64,000 bases of DNA, taken from NCBI GenBank assembly GCA_963727445.1, contig CAVSGI010000006.1, positions 1-64,000 of the forward strand. The letters are read 5' to 3'. The notes under the pieces were generated by a model, which saw only the letters and a program-made list of their open reading frames with translations, did not search any database and was not told the origin of the DNA. The stretch comes from an uncultured delta proteobacterium (GTDB taxonomy: Bacteria > Myxococcota_A > Polyangia > Polyangiales > B10-G4). Shown here in pieces: positions 50,433 through 59,415 of this stretch; positions within the stretch are counted from its first letter, which is position 1, and every line of letters starts with the position of its first letter. A program made the position numbers and the translations under genes.

Positions 50433-51406
50433 GGCACGGCCACGAGGCCCAGGCAGTCGCCGCGCTCGGTCGCGGCGAGGGCGCGCTGGCCGACGAAGAC
50501 GCCGTCCAGGGGCGCGCGGTGCGCCACCGGCTCGCGCATCGACCCCGCGCGTCGATGGACGCAGCCCACCACCTGTCCGTGGGTGACGTTCTCACCGAGG
50601 GAGACCGTGGGCTCGAAGAGCCCGTCGTCGGTGGCGATGACGAAGCCTTCGTCAGGGACGCGTAGCACGCGGGTCTCTGCGCTCGCTGCGGGCTCGCCCT
50701 CGAGCGCCCCGAGGTGGCGCAGAACGTTGCGCGCCCCGGCGCTCGCCAGCGAGGCGGTGCGGGGCGTGACCCGACCCCCGCCTCCGAGCTCGGTCGACAA
50801 GAAGAGCTTGCCCGCGCGCTCGACCTCGGTGTCGAGCATTCCCTGATCGTCGAGCTCGGATACGACAAGCGCGTGCGGTGCGCCGAAGGCGCGGGCGAGA
50901 GCCAGCGTCTCCTTCGTGCGCACCTCGTCGTCGAAGGCGTGAACCAGGGTGGTGGGAACGAACTCGAGCGAGCGCCCACCCGAGTGGATGTCCACGACCG
51001 CCGTGGCGCGCGACACGCACTCGGCGTGGATGAAGTGCGCGATCCGCTCCGTCACCGTGCCGCGCGGATCGCCCGGAAAGACGCGATTCATGTTCTTGCC
51101 GTCGAGCGGAGACAGACGCGTGCTGGCGGCGACGGCGGGCGCGTTCAACTCCGGCACGATGATCACCTGACCGCGCACCTCGCTGGCTTCGAGGCTCTTG
51201 GCGAGCTCGCCGAGGGCGATCGGTCCCTCTGGCTCGTCGCCGTGGCTGCCGCCGGTGAGCAGCACACAGGGGCCGTCACTCGTGCCGCGAATCGACACGA
51301 TGGGGACGAGGACCGAGCCCCAGGCGGAGCTCTCGCGAGAGTGGGGAAGGGAGAGCCGTCCGACGTGCTTGCCAGGGGCATCGAGAGAGATGTTCAGCGC
51401 GCTCAT
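50423..51406 (-). CDS. doeB: N-alpha-acetyl-diaminobutyrate deacetylase (AstE/AspA family)
   Basis: LPHSRESSAWG, GGSHGDE, NMNRVFPG, DIHSGGRSLEF, STELGGGG. Confidence 0.82.
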   Translation of the reverse strand: MSALNISLDAPGKHVGRLSLPHSRESSAWGSVLVPIVSIRGTSDGPCVLLTGGSHGDEPEGPIALGELAKSLEASEVRGQVIIVPELNAPAVAASTRLSPLDGKNMNRVFPGDPRGTVTERIAHFIHAECVSRATAVVDIHSGGRSLEFVPTTLVHAFDDEVRTKETLALARAFGAPHALVVSELDDQGMLDTEVERAGKLFLSTELGGGGRVTPRTASLASAGARNVLRHLGALEGEPAASAETRVLRVPDEGFVIATDDGLFEPTVSLGENVTHGQVVGCVHRRAGSMREPVAHRAPLDGVFVGQRALAATERGDCLGLVAVPHD

Positions 51407-52730
51407 CAGAGCACCTCGAGGTAGAGCTCGCGCTCGAGAGGCGTGACCTGTCGCTCGAATCGCTCGCGTTCGGTCTTCTTCACCCGCAGGAAGAGATCCC
51501 AGAAGCGCTCGCCCAGATACGCCGGCAGGATCTTCGCCTCGTCGGCCGCGGCGAGCGCCCGCTCCCAGGTCCCGGGCAGCGCGCGAAGGGAGTGAGTCGT
51601 CACGTCGTCGCGGATTCTCGTTCGGCGCGTCGAGCTTCGCGCCGAGACCGTGATGCAACCCGGCGAGCACCACCGCGACCACCAGGTAGGGGTTGGCGTC
51701 TGCGCCGGCGACCCGGTGCTCGACACGCGGAGCGCCGGGGGGAATGCGCACCGCAGCCGTCCGGTTGTTGCGGCCCCAGCTGGCCGTGTTGGCCACGAAG
51801 GCGCCGGGGACGAAGCGCCGAAAGGAGTTGGCGTTGGGGGCGAGGAGCGCGGTCGCCTCGGCCATGGTGGCGCACAGGCCGCCTACCGCGTGGCGGAGTG
51901 CATCGTTGACCTCCGGCTCGGAGGCGAAGAGGGCGGAGCCATCACGGCCCAGGGCGCTCGCGTGCACGTGCATGCCGCTACCCGGACGGTCGGTCCAGGG
52001 CTTGGCCATGAAAGTGGCGCGGCAGCCGTGGTCTCGCGCGACGTTGCGCACCGCGTGCTCGAAGATGAGCGCGTCCGCGACGGCGCGCAGGGCGTCGTCT
52101 CGATGATGGAGATTGATCTCGTAGTGACCTTCGCCGGACTCGGCGACGGTGGTCCCGGTCCTCACGCCCATGGCTTCACAGGCGGCATGGACGTCCTCGA
52201 CGAAGGCCGAGCGTTCGTCCATGCGCACGGCGGCGTAGGACTGGACCGCGCCGCCCAGCGACGAGGGAAGGGGGGACGCGGAAGCCGCCGTGTCTCCCTG
52301 GTGTAGATGGAACTCGAGCTCGACCGCGACGGTGACCGCGAGGTCGTCGCCGGCGAGCCTTTCGCAGACGCGCCCGAGCGCGGAGCGTGGATCGGCGAAG
52401 AAGGGGCTGCCGTCCTCGTCTTCCATGGAGACCAGCGCCTGCGCTCTGGGGCCGTGAGGATCTCCGCTCGCTCCAGGGGACGCGGGTGAGTGTTCCTTCG
52501 ACGATCTTGCAGTATCGGTCGCGTTCTCCCTCTTCGGCGACGATGCCGGTCCCTCCGACCAGGAGCCCGGAGGAGTCCATCGAGAAGGTGGAGCCGGGGA
52601 TGCGCATCCCCTCCGAGGCGATGGAGGCGAAGTCGGCGCGGCGGATGCGCTTGCATCGCAGCACGCCGTTGAGGTCGGGCAGGAGCAGATCCACCGCGCG
52701 AATGTCGTCGTCGAGAGCGTCGTCAGTCAC
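51406..52730 (-). CDS. Glutamine-synthetase-like gamma-glutamyl ligase (PuuA type); frameshifts near 52460 and 51620
   Basis: PDLNGVLRCK, ELEF, ATFMAKP, GSGMHVH, WGRNNRT, EHRVAGADANPY, ERELYL. Confidence 0.85.
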
Positions 52731-52759
52731 GCCGCGACCCTAACATCTCGCGCCCGCCC

Positions 52760-54460
52760 TCACACGGACGCCACCGCCGTGGTCCAGGAGGGCTCTGCGC
52801 TGCTGACCCACGCCCCGTCCGCCGCGCGCGTCGCGGCGCACACGCGACCGAAGCCGAAGCTGTCGACCTCCTGATCGAGGACGGTGAGCTCGTGTCCGAG
52901 CGCCACGAGCGCCTCTCGAACCGAGGGCGCGACGCGACCGTCGACGTAGGTTGCGCCGCCCTGGGAGTGGATCCGCGGCAACGCGAGGGCGTCGTCGATG
53001 GCCATGTCGTGGTCGACGACGTGGATCAACGCCGAAAGGACCGCCGTCTCGATGCGATAGCCGCCGGAGCCTGCGGCGGCGAAGACGGCGTCTCCGTCTC
53101 GCGCCGCGACGAGGGCGGGCGCGCCGAACATGGGCATCTTGTGGGGCGCGATGCTCGAAGGCCGCCCGGGGCGTGGGTCGAAGTAGCTCATCCCGTTGTT
53201 CAAGAAGACGCCGGCCTCGCTCGCATAGACCAGCGACCCGAAGGTCCATCCGACGGCGGTGATGATCGACACCGCGTTGCCCTCGCGGTCGGCGGCCACG
53301 ATCTGACTCGTGCCGCCTCGGGGAACGGGCGCCGGCCCGTGTGGCCTTTCCCCCAGCGGCTCCGCGCCTGCCTCGAAGGGCCACGGGTCGCCCGCCGCGA
53401 CCGGGCGGGGCAGGGCGCGATCGGAGCGGATCTGCGCGCGTCGCTCTGCGGCGTACGCCCTGCTCCGCAGGCCGGACACCGGGCTCGGGGCGTGCTCGGG
53501 ATCGCCGTAGTGCGTCAGGCAATCGGTGAAGGAGATGGCCAGCGCTTCGGCGACGAGGTGCAGATGCGCGGCGTCTTTCGGCGAGAGGTCGCCGAGCGCG
53601 AAGCCGTCCAGGATCTGAAGCACCTCGTAGGCGACGTGATCGCCACAGGTGGTCAGCGCGAGATCCCGATAGCGCGCCGGCGGCTCGCGAACGATGCGCG
53701 GCCGGTAGGCGGCGAGGTCCTCCTCGCTGAGGATGCCGCCGACGCTGCGGACGGCGCCGGCGATGGCGCGCGCCACCTCCCCGCGGTGAAAGCCGTCGGC
53801 GCCTTCGGCGGCGATGCACCTCAGCGTTCGGGCGAGTGCGCTGGTGTCGAGCCGTGCGCCCGTCGCCTCCTGCGGTGCGAGCCGGGGCGCGAGGCCCCCT
53901 GGCAACAAGACCGCGGCGGTCTCGCGCATGCGCCGGATGCGCGCTTGGTGCTCGGCGACCGCCAGCACGTCGCGCCAGGTGAAGGACACGCCCCTGTCGG
54001 CAGCCTCGATGGCCGGGGCGAGGACCGCCTCTCGCGGGAGCCTCCCGCGGAGCGCGTGCGCTTCGCAGAGCCCCGCCACCGCCCCAGGGACGGCGACCGA
54101 CAGACCGCCGTAACGCTGCAGCTCCGAGGCGGGGTGCCCGTAATAGGTGGGGGGCGCGTCGGGGATGGGGAACATCGTAGCGTGCGCCCCCGCCGGGGCG
54201 CGCACGTATCCATCCACCGAGAGGCTCTCCCCTCGGGCCGCATCCCAGAGCGAGAGGTGCGCGAAGCCGCCCAGACCGCAGTCGACCTGTTCGACGACGA
54301 ACGCGGTGAAGGCGGCGGCCACGGCCGCGTCCACAGCGTTGCCTCCCTCCTCCAGCATCCGCGCGCCGGCCGCGGCCGAAGCCGGATGGCCCGCGGCGCA
54401 GATCCCGTCGCCGCGAAGCGCCGGGTGCGCGCGGGCCGCGTGATGCGCGCTCCGCAGATC
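52760..54460 (-). CDS. ggt: Gamma-glutamyltransferase
   Basis: CAAGHP...GGNAVDAAVA, SVAVPG, nucleophile GTSQIVAAD, LNNGM, GSGG, PRIH. The coding frame extends upstream of ATG 54358, so the start is uncertain. Confidence 0.88.
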   Translation of the reverse strand, partial: DLRSAHHAARAHPALRGDGICAAGHPASAAAGARMLEEGGNAVDAAVAAAFTAFVVEQVDCGLGGFAHLSLWDAARGESLSVDGYVRAPAGAHATMFPIPDAPPTYYGHPASELQRYGGLSVAVPGAVAGLCEAHALRGRLPREAVLAPAIEAADRGVSFTWRDVLAVAEHQARIRRMRETAAVLLPGGLAPRLAPQEATGARLDTSALARTLRCIAAEGADGFHRGEVARAIAGAVRSVGGILSEEDLAAYRPRIVREPPARYRDLALTTCGDHVAYEVLQILDGFALGDLSPKDAAHLHLVAEALAISFTDCLTHYGDPEHAPSPVSGLRSRAYAAERRAQIRSDRALPRPVAAGDPWPFEAGAEPLGERPHGPAPVPRGGTSQIVAADREGNAVSIITAVGWTFGSLVYASEAGVFLNNGMSYFDPRPGRPSSIAPHKMPMFGAPALVAARDGDAVFAAAGSGGYRIETAVLSALIHVVDHDMAIDDALALPRIHSQGGATYVDGRVAPSVREALVALGHELTVLDQEVDSFGFGRVCAATRAADGAWVSSAEPSWTTAVASV

Positions 54461-54464
54461 GATC

Positions 54465-55732
54465 TCAGCCCGCGGCGCCCAGGAGCGTCTCGTCGAAGGG
54501 GAAGCGGCTGATGCGCTCGATGCCGTGCTCGGTCACGAGCACCTCCTCTTCGAGCTTCACGCCTTCGCGGCCGCCCACCTCGGCGACGTAGCTCTCGACG
54601 CAGAGCACCATCAGGGCTCGATCGCGCCCTCGGTGCCGTGAGCGCCCCAGTCGAGGAGGTGTGGAATGAACGGCGTCTCGCCGTGCATCCCGCAGCCGTG
54701 CATCACCGAGGTGTAGCGACGGGCGGCGATGCGCTCGGGCATCTTCCAGGCGCGCTCGGCGATCTCGCGGTAGGTCATGCCCGGGGCGATGATCGACATG
54801 TTGTGGCGGAGCTGGTCGTAGGCCATGCGGTAGAGCGCCTTCTGCTCGGCGCTGGGGCGCCCGGGACCGCAGAAGAAGGTCCGCGAGAAGTCGGAGTAGT
54901 AGCCGAAGCAGCCGATGGTGTCGGTGTCCACCGCGACCAGCTCGCCCGGGCGCACCAGTCGCCCGCTCGCCTCGTTGAACCAGGGGTTGGTGCGCGTCCC
55001 CGAGCTCACCAGGCGCGTCTCGACCATCTCGCCGCCGCGCGCGATGACCGCGCCGCACCATCTTCGGCGAAGAGCGCGTTCTCGCTCACGCCAGGCCGGA
55101 TCTCCTCGCGAAGCTCGTCGACCGCGGCCTCGCTGCTCGCCATGCTCAGCTCGCAGGCAGGCGATCTCCTCGGGGGTCTTGATCCGGCGGCAGTGGAGCA
55201 TGTCCTGCCGGCAGTCCACCGACCGCCAGCCCCGCCGCTTCGAGGGCGAGGGCCAGGTGATGGAAGCACCGGTCGAGGCCGACGCGTCTTGGTGCCCGAG
55301 CCGTGGGTTCGCACCAGGTCCGCGATCTCGGCCGCGAAGGGTGCGGCCGTCTCGAGGTCGCTGTCCGCGGACCGAGGACCAGACCACCTTCGAGGTGCGC
55401 GCCTCGTCGATCGTGTCGAGCATCTGCGAGACGTGGGCGCTGTGCGGATACTCGAAGAGGACCACCGGGCCCTCGGCAGGCACGTAGATGTAGCGGCTCG
55501 AGTTCCGCAGGAAGTAGCCGAACATGTTGCGCGAGCCCGTGGCGTAGCGCTGGTTGTTCGGGTCGAAGAGGACGACGCCGGCGTAGTCGCGCTCGCGGAG
55601 CATCGCGCGCAGGCGCGCCAGGCGCCCGCGGCGGAGCCGGGCGGTGTCGACGCCGTTGGGCTCGGCGTCGGTGAGGGTCATCCCCGGCCGCTTGGCGGCG
55701 AGGAGCCGGCTCGCGGGCAGGCCGGCTACCAT
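54465..55732 (-). CDS. DddP-like M24 metalloprotein (multiple frameshifts)
   Basis: LFDPNNQRYATGSRNM, ETRLVSSGTRTNPWFNE, DTDTIG..GY..D.SRT, HGCG, CVESY, VKLEE, pieced together from several frames. Confidence 0.75.
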
Positions 55733-55736
55733 TTCA

Positions 55737-56591
55737 TCAGTCGACGAGGCCATCGAGTCGCTCCTCTTTCCCGCTCGTGTGTGCTTCGGTCACGCGCCCG
55801 AAGAGCTGGCGCGTGCGCTCGGGCTTGCCGATCACGCCCGGCTCCTTGGCGTAGGCGAGGATCGCGGTCAGGCGCGGGCGGTCACCATCGACCTCGGTGA
55901 CGCGATGCAGGGTGAAGCGGCCGAGGAAGAGTTGAAGGTCGCCCGACGCGAGCTCGAGCTGACGCACCTCGGAACGATCTTCGCCTCTCAAGACGCGTCC
56001 CACGCGATCGTAACGCTCGTCTCCCGGCGCCCGGATGTTCGGGCAGTACTCGAAGACGCCGCCCTTCTCCGCCGGCGACAGGAGCGTGGAGACGATGAAC
56101 TCGTTGGTGTCGTAGTGCCACGGATGCTCCGCGCCGCGCGGGAGCACGTTGACCACCAGGGAGGCGAGGGGATCGGCGTATTCGTGGATCACCTCTTCGT
56201 GCAGGCAGTCGGCGACGAAACGCTGGAAGGCGAGCGAGGCGTAGAGTCGTCTCAGGAGCGCCTCGTCGGGGATGCGGTCCTTGGCCACGAAGCCGTGCGT
56301 GCGCTTCATGAAGATCCGCCGCGGGTGATCCTCGGGAAAGCTCGGGTCGTCGAGGGTCGAATACGCGTTCACCCAGCGGGGGTGGTAGTAGGCCTCGCCG
56401 AGGAGCGGGAGCGCCTCGGTGCGCATCCGCTGGACAGCTTCGCCCTCCAAGAAGCCGCGGAGCACGCTGCATCCGGTGCTGGCGAGCTCGCGCCGCACCT
56501 CCTCCACGATGCCTCGATAGGTCTCGCGGTGCGGGGCGTCCAAGGGGTAGCGGGCGAGGTCCACGACCCCGTGCAGAGAGGCGCTTTGCAT
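55737..56591 (-). CDS. 2-oxoglutarate/Fe(II) oxygenase (BesD/HalD-related fold, HxD type)
   Basis: PWHYDTNEF...GG.FE...GDLQLF.G..TLHRVT...R facial-triad pattern. Confidence 0.8.
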   Translation of the reverse strand: MQSASLHGVVDLARYPLDAPHRETYRGIVEEVRRELASTGCSVLRGFLEGEAVQRMRTEALPLLGEAYYHPRWVNAYSTLDDPSFPEDHPRRIFMKRTHGFVAKDRIPDEALLRRLYASLAFQRFVADCLHEEVIHEYADPLASLVVNVLPRGAEHPWHYDTNEFIVSTLLSPAEKGGVFEYCPNIRAPGDERYDRVGRVLRGEDRSEVRQLELASGDLQLFLGRFTLHRVTEVDGDRPRLTAILAYAKEPGVIGKPERTRQLFGRVTEAHTSGKEERLDGLVD

Positions 56592-56691
56592 GGTTTCACT
56601 CTGGCGAGGCGCGGGGCGGCGGTGAAACGAGTTCTGCCAATACCCTCATCAGCCGGGCGAATGGCTGGGCCGCGTGCTACGGGAGATCGCC

Positions 56692-57561
56692 ATGCGGCCG
56701 ACCCTGGATACCGATCTCTTGCGGGCCTTCGTCGCGGTCGCGGAGCTCGGCAGCATCACCCGGGCCACGCCCTTTCTGGGGCTCACGCAGTCCGCGGTCA
56801 GCCTGCAGATCCGCCGCCTCGAGGACCAGCTCGGCACGCAGCTCTTCCACCGATCGAGCCGCGGCGTTCAGCTCACCTCCGCCGGCGAAGCCTTCGCGGT
56901 GCGGGCGCGGCAGATCCTCGACATGCACGCGCGCGCGGTCGACAGCCTGTGGCGCGCTCGTGGCGACGAGGCGGAGATCCGCCTCGGCATCAACGACGTC
57001 TACGCCGCGCGGCATCTCGCGCCCGTCCTCGACGAGCTCCGGCGCCGACACCCCGAAGCGCGGCCCATCGTCGTCTGCGACGTGAGCACCGCGCTGGCCC
57101 TGGCGTTCGATCGCGGCGCCCTCAATCTGTGCATCTCCCTGCGTCACGACCCGGCTTCCGAGGCGGAGGTCGTCGCCCGCGAGGCGCTGGTCTGGGTCGC
57201 CTCTCGGGAGCTGGCGCTCTCGCCCGGGCGGCCCGTCCCCCTCGCCGTCTATCCCGAGTATTGCGTCTTCCGCGCGCGCGCGCTCCGGGCCCTCGCGGCG
57301 GCGGAGCGCGACTGGCAGATCGTGTTCACCAGTCAGGGGCTCGCGGCCATCAATCTGGCCATCGACCGGGGCTGGGGCGTGGCGGTCAAGACGGCGAGCA
57401 CGGTGGAGGCGCGCTGGCGCGTCCTCGGCGAAGCCGACGGCCTGCCCGAGCTCGGGAGCGTCGAGGTGGAGCTGCGCCGCTCACCCACGAGCGACACCGC
57501 TCCGGTCAGAGATCTCGGCGACCTCCTCGCGGAGCGGCTTCGTCACGCGGCTCGGGCTTGA
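56692..57561 (+). CDS. LysR-family regulator
   Basis: LLRAFVAVAELGSITRA...TQSAVSLQIRRLE; divergent from the oxygenase operon. Confidence 0.95.
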   Translation: MRPTLDTDLLRAFVAVAELGSITRATPFLGLTQSAVSLQIRRLEDQLGTQLFHRSSRGVQLTSAGEAFAVRARQILDMHARAVDSLWRARGDEAEIRLGINDVYAARHLAPVLDELRRRHPEARPIVVCDVSTALALAFDRGALNLCISLRHDPASEAEVVAREALVWVASRELALSPGRPVPLAVYPEYCVFRARALRALAAAERDWQIVFTSQGLAAINLAIDRGWGVAVKTASTVEARWRVLGEADGLPELGSVEVELRRSPTSDTAPVRDLGDLLAERLRHAARA

Positions 57562-57565
57562 GGGC

Positions 57566-58567
57566 TCAGGCGGCTTCGCTCTCGGCTTCCGCGGCGGCGG
57601 TCACGACAGCGTCGAGCTTCTTGCGACCCTTGGGGCGAAGCACCGTCCACACCAACCAGGCGATGTCGAGGAGGTCCGAAGGCGCGTCGCCCGCTTCTTG
57701 TGCCTGCTCGGCAATCTCGAAGGCGATGCCCGCGATGCGACCGTAGAGCCAACCGGTGGGGCGCGCGTTCCAGCCGATGTTGGGCGAGTAGCGCCTCACC
57801 AGCTCCTTGGAGACGCTGGCCTTCACGTAGAAGCGCTCCTCTGGATGGACCAGCGCCGAGGGCGCGGTGGCGAGAGACCAGGAGACCTTCTCGCCGCTTC
57901 GGCCGAGCGCGTTCACGAAGCGCTCGAAGCGCGCCTCGTAGGGGCCCGTGCCGTAGAGCATGTTGCGCAGCGTGCGGGTGAGGGTGGGAAGGTCCTCCTC
58001 CGCGAGCGCCCGAAGAGGCTCGAGCTTCTTCTTGGTCACGAAGTCGCCCTTGCTCAGGACGTCGAGCAGCGTGTCACGGACGCCCCCGTGGTCTGCCGCT
58101 TCGGCCATTCGATGGAGCGCGTCGGCGGAGAGGCGCTCGCGCGCATCGGCGATCGCCGCGTCTCGGTGGCGCTTGATGCGTCGCTTCTGTCCGCGGCCGC
58201 GGACCTTCTTCAGGTAGTCCTCGGTGGCGAAGCCCTCGGGATACTCCTCGATGAAGATCGCGTGCAGCGCCGTGAAGTCGACCGCGGGGACCGAGGCACC
58301 ACGCCGCGAGAGGTTCGCCTCGCGTGCGATGTTCGCCTGCTTCAGCATGGACTTGAGGTTCTTCACCACGCGCTGGGCGTTGACGTCCTCGCGCTTCACC
58401 GGCTCGAAGAGATCGTAGTAGCCCTTCTTGAACACCCGCAGCTCACCGTCCTGGAACTGATAGCCCCGCCGGTCGCGGCGCTCGAAGGCCATGATGGCCA
58501 TGCCCCACTCTTTACGGCGTTTGACATGTTCGAAGATCTGGTGATTCAAGATGGGTGCGCTGGACAA
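57566..58567 (-). CDS. Uncharacterised protein, paralog A (SH3-like N-domain plus helical C-domain)
   Basis: TTG start with AGGAGG; H...WG.A...FQDG..R.FK.GYY, WSLAT...P, DLLD...W. Confidence 0.8.
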   Translation of the reverse strand: MSSAPILNHQIFEHVKRRKEWGMAIMAFERRDRRGYQFQDGELRVFKKGYYDLFEPVKREDVNAQRVVKNLKSMLKQANIAREANLSRRGASVPAVDFTALHAIFIEEYPEGFATEDYLKKVRGRGQKRRIKRHRDAAIADARERLSADALHRMAEAADHGGVRDTLLDVLSKGDFVTKKKLEPLRALAEEDLPTLTRTLRNMLYGTGPYEARFERFVNALGRSGEKVSWSLATAPSALVHPEERFYVKASVSKELVRRYSPNIGWNARPTGWLYGRIAGIAFEIAEQAQEAGDAPSDLLDIAWLVWTVLRPKGRKKLDAVVTAAAEAESEAA

Positions 58568-58772
58568 AGAAACCTCCTCAGGTCGTGCGAGATGCTCGCC
58601 TCGGTTCGTCGCGAACGCCCTGGATTCGAGGCGTGCGGGATGCGCACTTCTGGCGCATCAAACGAGGCATCCGCCACCGCGCTGGACCGTTCAAAAACGA
58701 ATGATCACACGAGGCGAACTCGTACAACATAAGACGGATTGCGCCGAGCGCAACCCCCTCAGACGCGAAATG

Positions 58773-59072
58773 TCAGCGCTTTTTTCGGCGGATGCGCCAG
58801 CTCTTGCGGACGCCGGCGCGCGGGCGCTCGTAGACGATGGCCCCGACGGCTTCGAGCCTGTCCGCGAGATAGGCGGCGCGTGAAGGGCCGACGCGAAGCA
58901 TCTTCTGGAGAGCTTCGGAGATCACCCGCTTGCCTCTTCGATAGCCGCGAGGATGCCGGCGACCCATGCGCCGCTGGAGCTTCGGGACGAGCGTCCACAC
59001 GTCCAGTCGACTCTTGACCTCGACGACCGGCTCCGAGGGCTCGTGGCGCTGGAGCTCGATCTCTTCCCGCAT
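58773..59072 (-). CDS. Small basic winged-helix-like protein (FtsK-gamma-like motif)
   Basis: ISEALQKMLRVGPSRAAYLADRLEAVG; paralog of 39547-39873. Confidence 0.7.
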   Translation of the reverse strand: MREEIELQRHEPSEPVVEVKSRLDVWTLVPKLQRRMGRRHPRGYRRGKRVISEALQKMLRVGPSRAAYLADRLEAVGAIVYERPRAGVRKSWRIRRKKR

Positions 59073-59073
59073 C

Positions 59074-59382
59074 TCAGCGGGCGAAGGAGCTCAGGACGCT
59101 CTGATCGTATCGGATCCAGGCGTCTCGGTTCTCACGGACGTTGGCGGTCATTTCACGCACACGACCTTCCATGTCCTCCGCCTTCGGGACGGTCTTGACC
59201 TCGGCACCGTCGGTGCTGCGTGGGTTCCAACGGACGAACACCTGGGCGTTCGGGAACTCCTCCCGAATGCGACCCCGCAGCTCGTCGACGTAGCGGCTCG
59301 CGCTCACGTCGTACATCAACCCAATCGGGTCAGCGCCGTCGAAGAGCTTGGAGCCGGTGTTGATGATGATTGTCTGAGTCAA
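59074..59382 (-). CDS. Hypothetical protein
   Basis: TTG start after GAAAGGAAGGA; 102 aa, tightly packed with neighbours. Confidence 0.7.
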   Translation of the reverse strand: MTQTIIINTGSKLFDGADPIGLMYDVSASRYVDELRGRIREEFPNAQVFVRWNPRSTDGAEVKTVPKAEDMEGRVREMTANVRENRDAWIRYDQSVLSSFAR

Positions 59383-59415
59383 CAGTCCTTCCTTTCTCAA
59401 TAGCTTCGTTTGGGT

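Noticed and set aside
50423..52426. Apparent glutamine synthetase-DoeB fusion (667-aa ORF)
   Set aside because: The GS C-terminus (LPGTW...ERELYLEVL*) is in another frame and ends at the doeB ATG; an indel near 51620 explains it.
55737..56591. Halogenase call for the BesD/HalD-like gene
   Set aside because: It has HYD, retaining the carboxylate ligand, rather than the HxG/HxA of halogenases.
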